A stretch of 47,200 bases of DNA from Bacteroidia bacterium (lineage in GTDB: Bacteria > Bacteroidota > Bacteroidia > J057 > RFSG01). The notes under the pieces were generated by a model. That model was given only the letters and a program-made list of their open reading frames with translations, was not told the origin of the DNA and ran no database searches. The translations under genes were made by a program, and so were the position numbers. The stretch is taken from NCBI GenBank assembly GCA_040381555.1, contig JBEIHC010000004.1, positions 1-47,200 of the forward strand, in the 5' to 3' direction. This document shows positions 9,508 through 19,800 of this stretch, piece after piece. The number at the start of each line of letters is the position of its first letter. Within the stretch, counting starts at the first letter, position 1.

Positions 9508-12500
9508 TTAATGCAATACTTGAACTTTGAATTGCCCTTGACGATTTCCGGAATTTACAGTTAACTGGTACACTCCTGCAGGTAAATCTTTAACTTCAAT
9601 CTCCCCTATTCCAATAGAAATCGAGCCTTTCCGGATTGTACGACCTTGAATATCTGTTAAAGAATAAACTGCCTCTTCCCCTTCTGTATTAACCTTCAGC
9701 AAGTCATTGGCAGGATTAGGATAAACACTCCAGTTATTCACGGCGATGATTTCATCGGAAGATACCCAAGTATAACTAAATGAATCAGAAGCAGTGTAAC
9801 AGCCAGACTGAGAACGGACCCATACGCGATAATCTCCATTAGCATCAGCAGTATAGGTAGATCCAGAAGCGCCTAAAATAATTGAATCATTACGAGTCCA
9901 ACGATAGTTAACAAAAGAAGGATCTAGACTATACATATAATATAGGGCCGGATCATAAACTAAAGTAGGCTTGGGAAGTAAATCAAACACTATGTTTTTA
10001 ACTTCAGAGGTATCAGAGCATCCAAACTCATTTGTTGCAACATAAAAAACATCTCCCGCCAAAGGAGTCGTATAAGTTGCATTAGTTTCACCTACTACCG
10101 GTGCGTTATTCTGATGCCACTGATAAGTTACAGTTGAATCAATAGCCCGAGTAAATACGGAAGTATCTGCTGGACATTTAATCAATTTTGTTGCTGTTAA
10201 ATAGGTTACAGGCAATGCCGCTACCAATACGGTATAAGGAGCAGTTGTTACTGAACATAAATTATTCGGCCCGTTAACTCCGGTCAAAGTAAAATTTGAT
10301 TTAGAGGAAGTTACCAAAACAGAATCTCCCGTTGCACCAAAACTCCAAGTATAACTTTGTGCGCCATTTCCATAAAGCATTACGGATTGCCCCTGACAAA
10401 TTGTATCTAAACCGGAAGAGGTGATCACAGGCATTGGCATTGGAATCTCTGTTGTCGTAAGAGAAAGTTGGGGAGCTGTACAAGTGCCGAAGGCAAAAGT
10501 CTGTACTGAATAAACCCCACTTGTATCTACTTTGATGCTTGAACTGGTAGCTCCTGTGCTCCATAAGTAAGAGGTACCTCCACCAGCAATAAGGATGGTA
10601 GAATCACCCTCACAGAAAGTAAGAGGGCGAGAAGAGCTTATATTCGGAACAGGCACCTGATTTACGGTAATGCTTACCAATGAAGAATTCACACATCCAT
10701 TAGGATCCGTAACTTCCAAACCATAAGTACCTGTTGCATTTACCTGAATGCTTTGGGTAAAGCTCTGATTCATCACCCCACTAGACCATACATAATCTGC
10801 CATTCCTGCAGGCCCCGAAAGGGTGCGGGTGGTATTGCTACAAAATGTCAAGGCTCCATCGGGAGTAATTGTAGAGTCAGGTAATGAATTTACAGTAACA
10901 GTGGTTACTGAGGATGAATCTACACAGAGGTTGGTATCAGTTAAAATAACCTTAAAGGTACCGGATGCACTTGTTTGAATTGTTTGATCCGAAGATCCAT
11001 CCGACCATAAATAGGTAGCAGCTGGAGAAGAGGTCAACACAACAGAACCTCCCGTACAGAAAACTAAGGGGCCACTTGCTTGAACAGTAGTTAGAGGTAA
11101 ATTCCAACGAGTAATTACTTCTGGTAAGGAGGATAAACTACAAGTAGAGGTTCCTGTAACCTGAACTGTTAAAGTAGAGGAATTGAACACCCAAATTGAT
11201 TGAGAGGTAGCTCCATTACTCCATAGATAGGAAGTACCTGGATCAGTTACTAACTCTACGCTATCTCCACTACAGAAAGAGGTTGGACCAGAAGGGATAA
11301 TTACTGGAATCGGATTAACGGTTATACTCGTAACCGCCGATGTATCCATACATCCATTTGCATTGGTTATTCTGACCTCAAATGTATTAGTTGCCAAAGC
11401 TGAAATAGTCTGAGTAGTAAGCCCATTACTCCAAAGATAAGCGGCCATCCCGTTGGTAGAACTTAGAATCACACTATCTCCAGTACAAAAACTCAATGGC
11501 CCCGAAGAAGTTATAACAGCTGCTGGTTGAGCGTTAACTACGACAGTATCTAATGGAGATATCCGAGTACAGCCATTTGCATAAGTAACTGCCACATTGT
11601 AAGTACCAGAAGTACGAATCATAGTTGTTTGAGTCACAGCGCCATTACTCCAAAGATAAGATGCACCAGCACTAGCCGTCAAAAGAACAGAATCGCCTAT
11701 ACAAAAGGTTTTGGGGCCACCTGCTGCTATGGAGGCTGCAGGTGCAGTCACAAAACAACCATTCAATGGAGCGGAACAATAATTAAATAACAAACCTGGA
11801 CAATTATAAAAAGCATGATTTGAACCGGGAAAATTGGTTAGGGAGGCTCCCGTTTCATATATGTAGGTGTGGCTGAAACCGGGCGCGGTAGAGGCTACGG
11901 CACCACCCGCTTTTACATAAAGAATATTATTTTCACCGCCGTCCATGTTGACCTGTCCACCCGCTTCAACAAATATGGTTTGATCTCTGTGGTTATTTGT
12001 ATTGTAGACGCCACCTGAACACACCCAAATGGATGCTCCATTTGGAACCCAATCTACAGTTCCACTAACTACAACTGTATTAGGTCCAATGGCAGGATTG
12101 CAGTCAAAAATTTCAATCGGTGAATGCTCAAAACTATCCAGACAACCAAACGCGCTCGTCACAACCAACTTAACAATCTTTGAACCTGTAGAACCATAGA
12201 CAAAAGGACCAGGAGAACATGAGAAATCTGTTCCTGGAATTGCGCCTTGACCAAAACTCCAATTACATAAAAATTGGTTTGTCGATAAATTTTGTACTCC
12301 AATAAAACTCCCTTGTAAAAAACGACGATGAGGAGAATTAATGGCAGAAAGTGCTGTAGGCTTAGCAAAATAGGTCAAAGGAATCAAATTATCAGGGCTG
12401 ATTACCGGAGGATTCGTTGACACTACACGAATTAGATAATTCGCACTCGTGTTAATCGTATTGGGAATGGCACAATTAATGGTGCCCGCAGATGAAAGAG

Positions 12501-12729
12501 TTATTGTACCGATATTGGTAAATGAACTGAAAGTCCCAAACTCATCCGACAGTTGTGCGGTAAAAATATTACCCGTGTTGAATGTGCCCGTGATTCCATA
12601 AGGAACCTCGATTGTGCTACCGGCACACAAATTATTCGTTATAAACGCATAAGGCGTAATTGTGTTTTGCGCCTGCACTTTCAACAAGATAAGTGCGCCC
12701 AGGAACAGCAGTGTGATAATTTTCTTCAT
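9508..12729 (-). CDS. T9SS type A sorting domain protein with a PKD domain and about 9 Ig-like repeats
   Basis: 1073 aa. Signal peptide; PKD-like WSFGQG; repeats of FCxGDSVxL..YLWSNG..GTY.V..NGC; C-terminal VYPNPA..TDIQGR..LPAGVYQL. Confidence 0.88.
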   Translation of the reverse strand: MKKIITLLFLGALILLKVQAQNTITPYAFITNNLCAGSTIEVPYGITGTFNTGNIFTAQLSDEFGTFSSFTNIGTITLSSAGTINCAIPNTINTSANYLIRVVSTNPPVISPDNLIPLTYFAKPTALSAINSPHRRFLQGSFIGVQNLSTNQFLCNWSFGQGAIPGTDFSCSPGPFVYGSTGSKIVKLVVTSAFGCLDSFEHSPIEIFDCNPAIGPNTVVVSGTVDWVPNGASIWVCSGGVYNTNNHRDQTIFVEAGGQVNMDGGENNILYVKAGGAVASTAPGFSHTYIYETGASLTNFPGSNHAFYNCPGLLFNYCSAPLNGCFVTAPAASIAAGGPKTFCIGDSVLLTASAGASYLWSNGAVTQTTMIRTSGTYNVAVTYANGCTRISPLDTVVVNAQPAAVITSSGPLSFCTGDSVILSSTNGMAAYLWSNGLTTQTISALATNTFEVRITNANGCMDTSAVTSITVNPIPVIIPSGPTSFCSGDSVELVTDPGTSYLWSNGATSQSIWVFNSSTLTVQVTGTSTCSLSSLPEVITRWNLPLTTVQASGPLVFCTGGSVVLTSSPAATYLWSDGSSDQTIQTSASGTFKVILTDTNLCVDSSSVTTVTVNSLPDSTITPDGALTFCSNTTRTLSGPAGMADYVWSSGVMNQSFTQSIQVNATGTYGLEVTDPNGCVNSSLVSITVNQVPVPNISSSRPLTFCEGDSTILIAGGGTSYLWSTGATSSSIKVDTSGVYSVQTFAFGTCTAPQLSLTTTEIPMPMPVITSSGLDTICQGQSVMLYGNGAQSYTWSFGATGDSVLVTSSKSNFTLTGVNGPNNLCSVTTAPYTVLVAALPVTYLTATKLIKCPADTSVFTRAIDSTVTYQWHQNNAPVVGETNATYTTPLAGDVFYVATNEFGCSDTSEVKNIVFDLLPKPTLVYDPALYYMYSLDPSFVNYRWTRNDSIILGASGSTYTADANGDYRVWVRSQSGCYTASDSFSYTWVSSDEIIAVNNWSVYPNPANDLLKVNTEGEEAVYSLTDIQGRTIRKGSISIGIGEIEVKDLPAGVYQLTVNSGNRQGQFKVQVLH

Positions 12730-12888
12730 AGCCTTTTGACCTGTAACCAGGTTGTTTAATATACTGTTAATCTACTGATTATTCAGGAATAGAATGTAAA
12801 ACTAAAGAAAAAATATCACATCTAAAACTAAATTTTCCTGTTAACTTTATGTTTCCTCAGTTATTTACCTCAAGTGTTTTCTATACTT

Positions 12889-13275
12889 ATGAACAATTCA
12901 AGAAAAAAACAATTGCCTTCATTACTCATTTTAAGCCTCGTAATTCTGCTATTTTCGTCAGGTTTTTACCTAAAAACGCATCAAAAAGCCAAAGATACCC
13001 CCAATTTATGCAAATTGTATGGTTCTGTATACATTGAGGATTCGCCGAGTTTCGCGGACTATAGAGTTTTTGTAGATAATGTAGAAGGATTTGCAGATAT
13101 CCTAGTTTACAACGAAGTAAATCCAGGTTTGGCTATCTCCAATGGGATTTGGCACATTACAGATGCCCGAGGATTTGCCGATTTTACAATTTACCTCGAT
13201 CAGTCTAGGGGTTTTGCTGACTTTACGATATGCTACACCCCCAATCGTGGGTTTGCAGGTTGCAGAAATAGATAA
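12889..13275 (+). CDS. Small exported protein with four FAD-x-x-[VI] repeats (DUF6150-like, possibly knotted)
   Basis: N-terminal hydrophobic segment; repeats FADYRVF, FADILVY, FADFTIY, FADFTIC; ends GFAGC. Start taken at ATG 12889 (track gives GTG 12874). Family name is from recall only. Confidence 0.7.
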   Translation: MNNSRKKQLPSLLILSLVILLFSSGFYLKTHQKAKDTPNLCKLYGSVYIEDSPSFADYRVFVDNVEGFADILVYNEVNPGLAISNGIWHITDARGFADFTIYLDQSRGFADFTICYTPNRGFAGCRNR

Positions 13276-13281
13276 TTTAAC

Positions 13282-14124
13282 ATGAAAAGTACATATCAAG
13301 TTTTTATTCCCTGTGAGAAGGGCGAATCCAGAGAAATTTCCATAGCCTTGCTTAGCTCGCTTGGATTTAATGCGTTTGATGAAATAAACCAGGGAATCCA
13401 TGCCTATATGGAAGAAGACGATTGGGATGAAAAAGCCGTATTATGCGAAATCGAAGCCTTGCTCGAATTGGATAAGAATATTTTAGAAGTCAAAAAATTC
13501 GAACCTATTAACTATAATGAACAATGGGAATCGGACCTTCAAGCGGTATTGATTGCCCCTTTGGTTCAAATTCAACCTGCAGGTAGAAAACCTGAAATTG
13601 GATTTCGATATTCCCTTCAAATTACCCCCAAAATGTCCTTCGGAACAGGACATCATCCTACCACTCGATTAATGCTACAAGGACTTCCAGAAGCTCAAAT
13701 TCAAAATTCAAGCGTTTTAGATTTAGGTTCTGGAACCGGAATTTTAGGAATTCTGGCTGCCCAAATGGGGGCGAAATCTGTCCTTGGAATTGATGTCGAA
13801 GATTGGTGTACAGAAAACGCCCGAGAAAATGCGCAATTGAATGAAGTTCTGTCTATTTGTCAATTTGAAACTGGAACCCTAAGCTTCCTCCCAAAAGAAA
13901 AATCCTTCGATATTTTGTTAGCCAACATAAACCGCAATATTTTACTCGAACTGTGCTCAGACCTTACCCAGAGAATCAATCCCAATGGATTTCTCCTAAT
14001 TAGTGGCTTTTTTGAGGAGGATATTCTTGTGTTAACAGCAGAATTCGAAAATGCCGGATTGTCCTTAACTCAAAGTCAAATCGAGGATAGATGGGCATGT
14101 CTTACCTTCCAAAAACATCCATAA
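13282..14124 (+). CDS. prmA: Ribosomal protein L11 methyltransferase
   Basis: 280 aa. PKMSFGTGHHPTT, SAM motif LDLGSGTG, LANINRN and ISGF. Confidence 0.93.
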   Translation: MKSTYQVFIPCEKGESREISIALLSSLGFNAFDEINQGIHAYMEEDDWDEKAVLCEIEALLELDKNILEVKKFEPINYNEQWESDLQAVLIAPLVQIQPAGRKPEIGFRYSLQITPKMSFGTGHHPTTRLMLQGLPEAQIQNSSVLDLGSGTGILGILAAQMGAKSVLGIDVEDWCTENARENAQLNEVLSICQFETGTLSFLPKEKSFDILLANINRNILLELCSDLTQRINPNGFLLISGFFEEDILVLTAEFENAGLSLTQSQIEDRWACLTFQKHP

Positions 14125-14145
14125 ATCCCCTCAATTATCCTCTTG

Positions 14146-15924
14146 ATGGAAATGAATAGACTATTTGATTTACCTATCTCTTTCAATGAAAAATGGCCTG
14201 GGCAAGTAATGCTGGCAAGTAAACTCCATTCTGAATGGAAACAACTTACTGCCCGTGAGGTAATTCTACAATCCAGAAAAATTGCTCTTTCTCTTATCAG
14301 TCTGGGAATACAACCCGGAGACCGTATCGGAATCATCGCCCCCAATTCTCCAGAATGGCTTATTACCGATTATGCCATTCAAATGTCCGGTGCCATTTCT
14401 GTGCCTGTTTACCCCTCCCTCAGTCCTGCTGAAATGCAGCAGGTATTTGCTCATTCAGGTGTCAAAATTATTTTTACCGGATCTGATGCTCTTCATCAAA
14501 AAGTGGAAAGCATCCGTCCTCAATTAGCTCATCTGAAATTCCATTTTAAAATCAATCAGGCAATAGAAGAATCTATACTACAAATGGGAATTTCTGTATC
14601 CCATTTACCTAAGGAAGAAACCCTGAATGACAGGATGAATCAAGTAAAAGAAAACGATCTCGCTACCTTAATTTATACTTCCGGAACCACTGGAATCCCT
14701 AAAGGAGTAATGCTTTCACATGCCAATATTCTGAGCAATGCCAAAGCCAATGCACCGTACCTACCCATTGAACCAGGAGGACGAGCCTTAAGTTTTCTGC
14801 CCTTGTGCCACATCTATGAAAGAATGTGTACCAGCCTATTCCTACAGGAAGGACTTAGCATTTGGTTTGCCGAAGGTCTCGAGAAAATATCGGATAATCT
14901 CAAAGATGTCCAACCTCATATTTTTGCTACTGTCCCTAGGTTACTTGAAAAAGTTTATGACAAAATCATCCTGAAAGGCATGCAACTAAAAGGGGTGAAG
15001 CGATTATTGTTTGATTGGTCTATTCTATTGGGGCATCAGTTTGAATTTAAAAAACTCCAAAACCCTTTGTATTCCTTGCAGCTTAGCCTTGCTCGAAAAT
15101 TAATTTTCACCAAATGGCAAGAGGCTTTAGGTGGAAATATTCGGGGAATAGTCTCAGGAGGTTCTGCCCTGCAACCAAGGCTGGCGCGTATCTTTTGGGC
15201 AGCAGGAATTCCAGTAGTAGAAGGTTATGGATTAACTGAAACATCGCCTGTTGTAGCAGTTAATTACTTTACCCCTCAGACCTGTCGCTTTGGTACTGTA
15301 GGAAAGGTCATTCAAGGGTGTAAGGTAAAAATCCTAACGGAACATCCTGAAGATCAAAGTGGGGAAATTCTGACCAAAGGACCCGGGCTGATGTTAGGTT
15401 ATTTTGAAGATCCTGAACAAACTCAGCTGGTTATTGATTCTGAAGGATGGTTTCATACAGGAGATATCGGATATCTGGATGATTCCGGTTTTCTAAAAAT
15501 AACCGACAGAAAAAAAGAAATCTTTAAAAACTCTGGGGGCAAATATATTGCCCCACAACCAATAGAAAATAAATTAAAAGAATCGCTATACATTCAAAAT
15601 GCCCTGATTATTGGAGAATACCAAGATCATCCAGCTGCATTAATTGTCCTGGATAAAGAGAACATACATCTGCATTTTAATCAACTCCGCTTGACCTTAC
15701 CTTCAAAAGATCTTTTGCATCAAGATCCTCAGGTACGGACACTAATCCATCAGGAAATTAAACAGTTGAATCAGAAATTATCCCTAACAGAGCGGGTGCA
15801 TTCATTCTGCTTGTTGGAGAAGGAATGGACACAAGATAGCGGGGAGCTAACTCCTACTCAAAAACTCCGACGAAAATATATTGAGGAAAAATATCAGACT
15901 GAAATCCAGCAGTTGTTTTTATAG
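14146..15924 (+). CDS. Long-chain fatty-acid--CoA ligase (AMP-dependent synthetase, FadD15-like)
   Basis: YTSGTTGIPKG AMP-binding loop, FLPLCHIYE, EGYGLTETSP, WFHTGDIG, DRKKE and ELTPTQKLRR. Confidence 0.92.
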   Translation: MEMNRLFDLPISFNEKWPGQVMLASKLHSEWKQLTAREVILQSRKIALSLISLGIQPGDRIGIIAPNSPEWLITDYAIQMSGAISVPVYPSLSPAEMQQVFAHSGVKIIFTGSDALHQKVESIRPQLAHLKFHFKINQAIEESILQMGISVSHLPKEETLNDRMNQVKENDLATLIYTSGTTGIPKGVMLSHANILSNAKANAPYLPIEPGGRALSFLPLCHIYERMCTSLFLQEGLSIWFAEGLEKISDNLKDVQPHIFATVPRLLEKVYDKIILKGMQLKGVKRLLFDWSILLGHQFEFKKLQNPLYSLQLSLARKLIFTKWQEALGGNIRGIVSGGSALQPRLARIFWAAGIPVVEGYGLTETSPVVAVNYFTPQTCRFGTVGKVIQGCKVKILTEHPEDQSGEILTKGPGLMLGYFEDPEQTQLVIDSEGWFHTGDIGYLDDSGFLKITDRKKEIFKNSGGKYIAPQPIENKLKESLYIQNALIIGEYQDHPAALIVLDKENIHLHFNQLRLTLPSKDLLHQDPQVRTLIHQEIKQLNQKLSLTERVHSFCLLEKEWTQDSGELTPTQKLRRKYIEEKYQTEIQQLFL

Positions 15925-15944
15925 GGTGCAGCACCCGATAAAAT

Positions 15945-16679
15945 TTAACGAACAGGATAAACTCCGCCCCCTCCTAAAGTAATCCGAATATAGGGAAGAA
16001 AACCTTGGATTCTATCAGGACCCCGCAGCTCCTGACCTTTTCCATCTGCCCACTTGTTGCGGACAAATAATGCATTTTGGCAGCCTAAATCCAATCCAAC
16101 CATTAAGCCCCCATGAAGGTGCTCTTCTGAAAGCTTCGTAATAAAATACTTCACACTGAACCCAACTTCATAGGCAATGCCACCTATGGATAATTTGGAT
16201 ATTTCCCCGAAGCGAATTTCTTTTTGAGAATCAAAGTAAATGCCCCCACTATCAGATTGATTAGACAATTTTAAGGTAAGGCCGGACCCCCCAATTCCGA
16301 TATAGGGAAATAACAACCATTTGTCGTTATTCTTTACCAGGTATCCCAAGTTAAACAAGCCTGCTCCAGAACTGAATGAAGCTAAGGCCGAGTCTGTTAT
16401 AACAGGCTTAAATCCTGAAAAATATCCACTTCCGCCTAATAGGATATTACCGACTAAACCATATCCCCCTCCTCCGAATTGAATTCCTTGATTTTGGGGA
16501 CGGTAAGAATCTCCCAAAATTTCTGACCTTCCCAAATAACTAGTCAATGCAGGAAAATATCCCAAGCTTACTCCAGCCTGAAAATGCCCAAAACCCCCAC
16601 CCTGTTTCACTCTGGTATTTTGCGCCCATAAACTCAGGCAACTACAGAATACTCCAAAAATTACCAGACGCTTGAACAT
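15945..16679 (-). CDS. Hypothetical exported protein, probable outer-membrane beta-barrel
   Basis: 244 aa. Signal peptide, then Gly/aromatic-rich alternating strands (FGGGGYG, FNLGY, FPYIGIGG, YIRITLGGG). Confidence 0.6.
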   Translation of the reverse strand: MFKRLVIFGVFCSCLSLWAQNTRVKQGGGFGHFQAGVSLGYFPALTSYLGRSEILGDSYRPQNQGIQFGGGGYGLVGNILLGGSGYFSGFKPVITDSALASFSSGAGLFNLGYLVKNNDKWLLFPYIGIGGSGLTLKLSNQSDSGGIYFDSQKEIRFGEISKLSIGGIAYEVGFSVKYFITKLSEEHLHGGLMVGLDLGCQNALFVRNKWADGKGQELRGPDRIQGFLPYIRITLGGGGVYPVR

Positions 16680-16754
16680 ATTGTAAAATTAATATTCCCG
16701 TGGATTTTGATAAATGATTTTATCCGGAAACAAAAATATACCTGTCTACAATGC

Positions 16755-16785
16755 AAAACAGGCAGAGGATTGCGCCTCTGCCTGT
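16755..16785 (-). terminator. Intrinsic terminator after the type B T9SS cargo gene
   Basis: 11-bp stem ACAGGCAGAGG/CCTCTGCCTGT (16758-16785) with a 6-nt loop and a T-run on the minus strand. Confidence 0.7.
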
Positions 16786-16808
16786 CTTCAAAATTTAGTG
16801 GTAATGAC

Positions 16809-19800
16809 TTATCTGATTAAGGTAAAGGATCCTCCCACTTCAACGGGCTCTTGGGTGGTGGTAGTTCCTGTTACGAAAAACACATAAGTTCCTTCAGGAG
16901 CAGGTATTCCATTCACCGTACCATCCCATCGGAAGTTTATATCCTGAGATTGATACACTTGATTTCCCCATCTGTCAAAAATTTTAATTTCAAAAGTGCG
17001 AATGAGGCGGTATTGGACATTAAAGTAATCATTAATACCATCTCCATTGGGAGAAAACGCATTGGGTACAATTACATTCACAAATCGATTCACCTCTACA
17101 AAACTACTTTTTGTAATGCTGTGACGACAGCCTGCGGAATCAACCACCGTAAGGGTCACATCATATTTTCCTTCATCCTGATATTGATGTACAGGTGCTT
17201 TTCCGCTCCCAATATTTCCATCCCCAAATTCCCAAGTCCACGAGGCAATACCTGCAGTATGGGAAGTAACACTAAATTGTGCAATTGCATCGGGAATCTC
17301 ATATTTAGCACGATCGACCGAGAACTGGGCTTGTGGGGGATTGTTTACGACAGCGGCAATAGGTAAACGAATACTTCGGCATCCTTTACTGTCTTCATAC
17401 TCTACAAAATAAAACCGAGTACCTTTCAATTTAGGAGTTTCATATGCTGAGGATATCCTAAAGGAATATGGGGCATTCTGAGCCTCATACCAATGAATTT
17501 TGGCACCAGGTAAAGCAGCAACATTTAATCTTGCAGACTCATCAAAACATACAGTATCCCCCCAAACAGTAGGATTAGGAACTGGAATTGGTTGAGTAAG
17601 TCTTGCCCAGGAAGTATCTACACATCCTTTCGGATCCCATACAGTTACTTTGTATTTTCCTGCAAGCAGATTCAGGGCTGTAGCAGTTCCTTGAACCGGC
17701 TCCGTTTCCCAACGATAACTATAACTTCCATTACCTCCAGTCACAGAAGCAGTGGCTGTACCGTTATTTCCTTTAAAACAGGTTGGATCTACCTGAGAGG
17801 CGCGGGCAATGAGTGAATCAGGCTGAGTGATTTGTGTACTACCAGAAATCATACAGCCATTCATATCCGTTACCTGCACAGAATAATTGCCTATCCCTAA
17901 TTGAATAGCAGAGGGAGTTGCCTGAGGAGGGTTGGAATTCCAACGATAGAAATAGGGAGCAGTACCCCCACTTGGCACTGCCGTAGCTGCACCATTCTCT
18001 TCCCCAAAACACCTCACAGGTACAGTGGTAATACTAATACCCAAAGGAGCAGGCTCTGAGATTAAAACATTCTGAGTATTGGTGCATCCTAAGCTATCGG
18101 TGATGACGACAGAATAATTTCCAGCAGGCACATTAATCATCTGACTTCCCTGTTGACCATTGCTCCAATTGTAAGAATACCCGCCATTTCCCCCATTAGC
18201 TTGAACCGAGGCAGCGCCATCGCTTCCGCCCGGACAAGTCACATTTCTTTCCAATAGGGCAAGACCAGAGAGAATTGGTGGCTCCATAACGGTTACTCCA
18301 CTTGTACCAATACACCCATAAGTGTCGGTAATGGTTAAAGTATAATTTCCTGCCGTTACCCCAGTAACCTGAGGTGTATTGTAGCCTCCAGGCATCCAGG
18401 AATAAACAAAAGGAGCAGTACCTTGCTGTACTCCTGAAAGTAAAGTTCCATTACTTTCTCCAAAACACCGAACATCCCGACTATCTGAGGTGACCACGGG
18501 ATTGGTATGAACTGTAACTGTAATTGGAGGACAGGTAGAGATACAGCCATTGGCGTCGATAAAGGTTAGTCCATAGCTGCCAGTTTGAGAAACTGTGACA
18601 TTTTGCTGATTCAGATTACTATCATGTGACCAAGTATAACTGACTGCCACAGGACCAGAAAGAGTTACTGTAGCACCTGGGCATAAATCGGTAGTACCCA
18701 AAGGAGTAATAACAGCAGGAGGAGGAATATTGACAGTTACCACAGATTGACCAATTGGGCTCACGCAACCGTCTAAAGTGTAGGTTACATCGTAAGTGGA
18801 GCTGACGGTTGGCGTTACAGAAATAGTTCCTTGAGTTTGGGCTCCAGGAGACCATAAATAACTTCCTCCAGGGAGATTACCACTGGCCGAAATACTGGCT
18901 GCCTGACCGAAACAGATGGTTGCATCCGTAGTAATGACATTGGGAATAGGGTTAACCCGCACCTGAATTTCATTACTCGTAACTGGATTACAGACACCAG
19001 AGCTAACTATTCTTCTGTAATAGTAAGTGATTGCTATAGCAGGTGGATTATAATTTGAAGCAGAATTAAGCCCCGCGGCACTCACCCAATTCAGTTGATC
19101 TGTACTTTCTTCCCACAAGTAAGCATAGGTGCCATTTCCACCCTGAGGAACAGTAGCTGTTAGTCCGTTGGGAATTTGTCCGTTGCAAATACTCTGATTT
19201 GTCTGAATCGTATTTGAGCCAATCAATGGATCAACCGTAATTAAAATCACATTACTGATATCTGTGCAAGGGCCTGAAATTACCTGACGCCGGAAGAAGG
19301 TGCTTGCACTCTGATTTCCGGAAGTATAATCAGGGGAATTACCTCCCCCGATGGGAATCCAGTTGATGTTATCTGGACTGCTCTCCCATTGGTACTGATA
19401 GGTTCCACTTCCTCCAATCGGAATTTGTCCAGTCAATGGATTGGGGGCACTTCCTGAACAAATAGTCTGGGAGGGGCTGATGGTATTATTACCTATAAGT
19501 GGAGAAACCACAATGGGGATGGTATAAGAATTTTGGCAACTATTCACATCGATGATGCTATAGGTAATGGTGTGAGTACCTGCCATGGCAGTAGCGGGAG
19601 TAAAGGTTGACCCACTCATTCCTGTACCTGAGAAAGTACCTCCTGCGGGTGAACCGGTAAGAGTTACAGGTAAACTATTTAAACAATACGGACTATTACT
19701 CCCAAAAATATTCATCACCGTAGGAGGATAAACATTCACCGTGAGAGAATCTGTTGCAGCACAACCACCGGACCCAACCTGTACGATAACTTTTCCGGGA

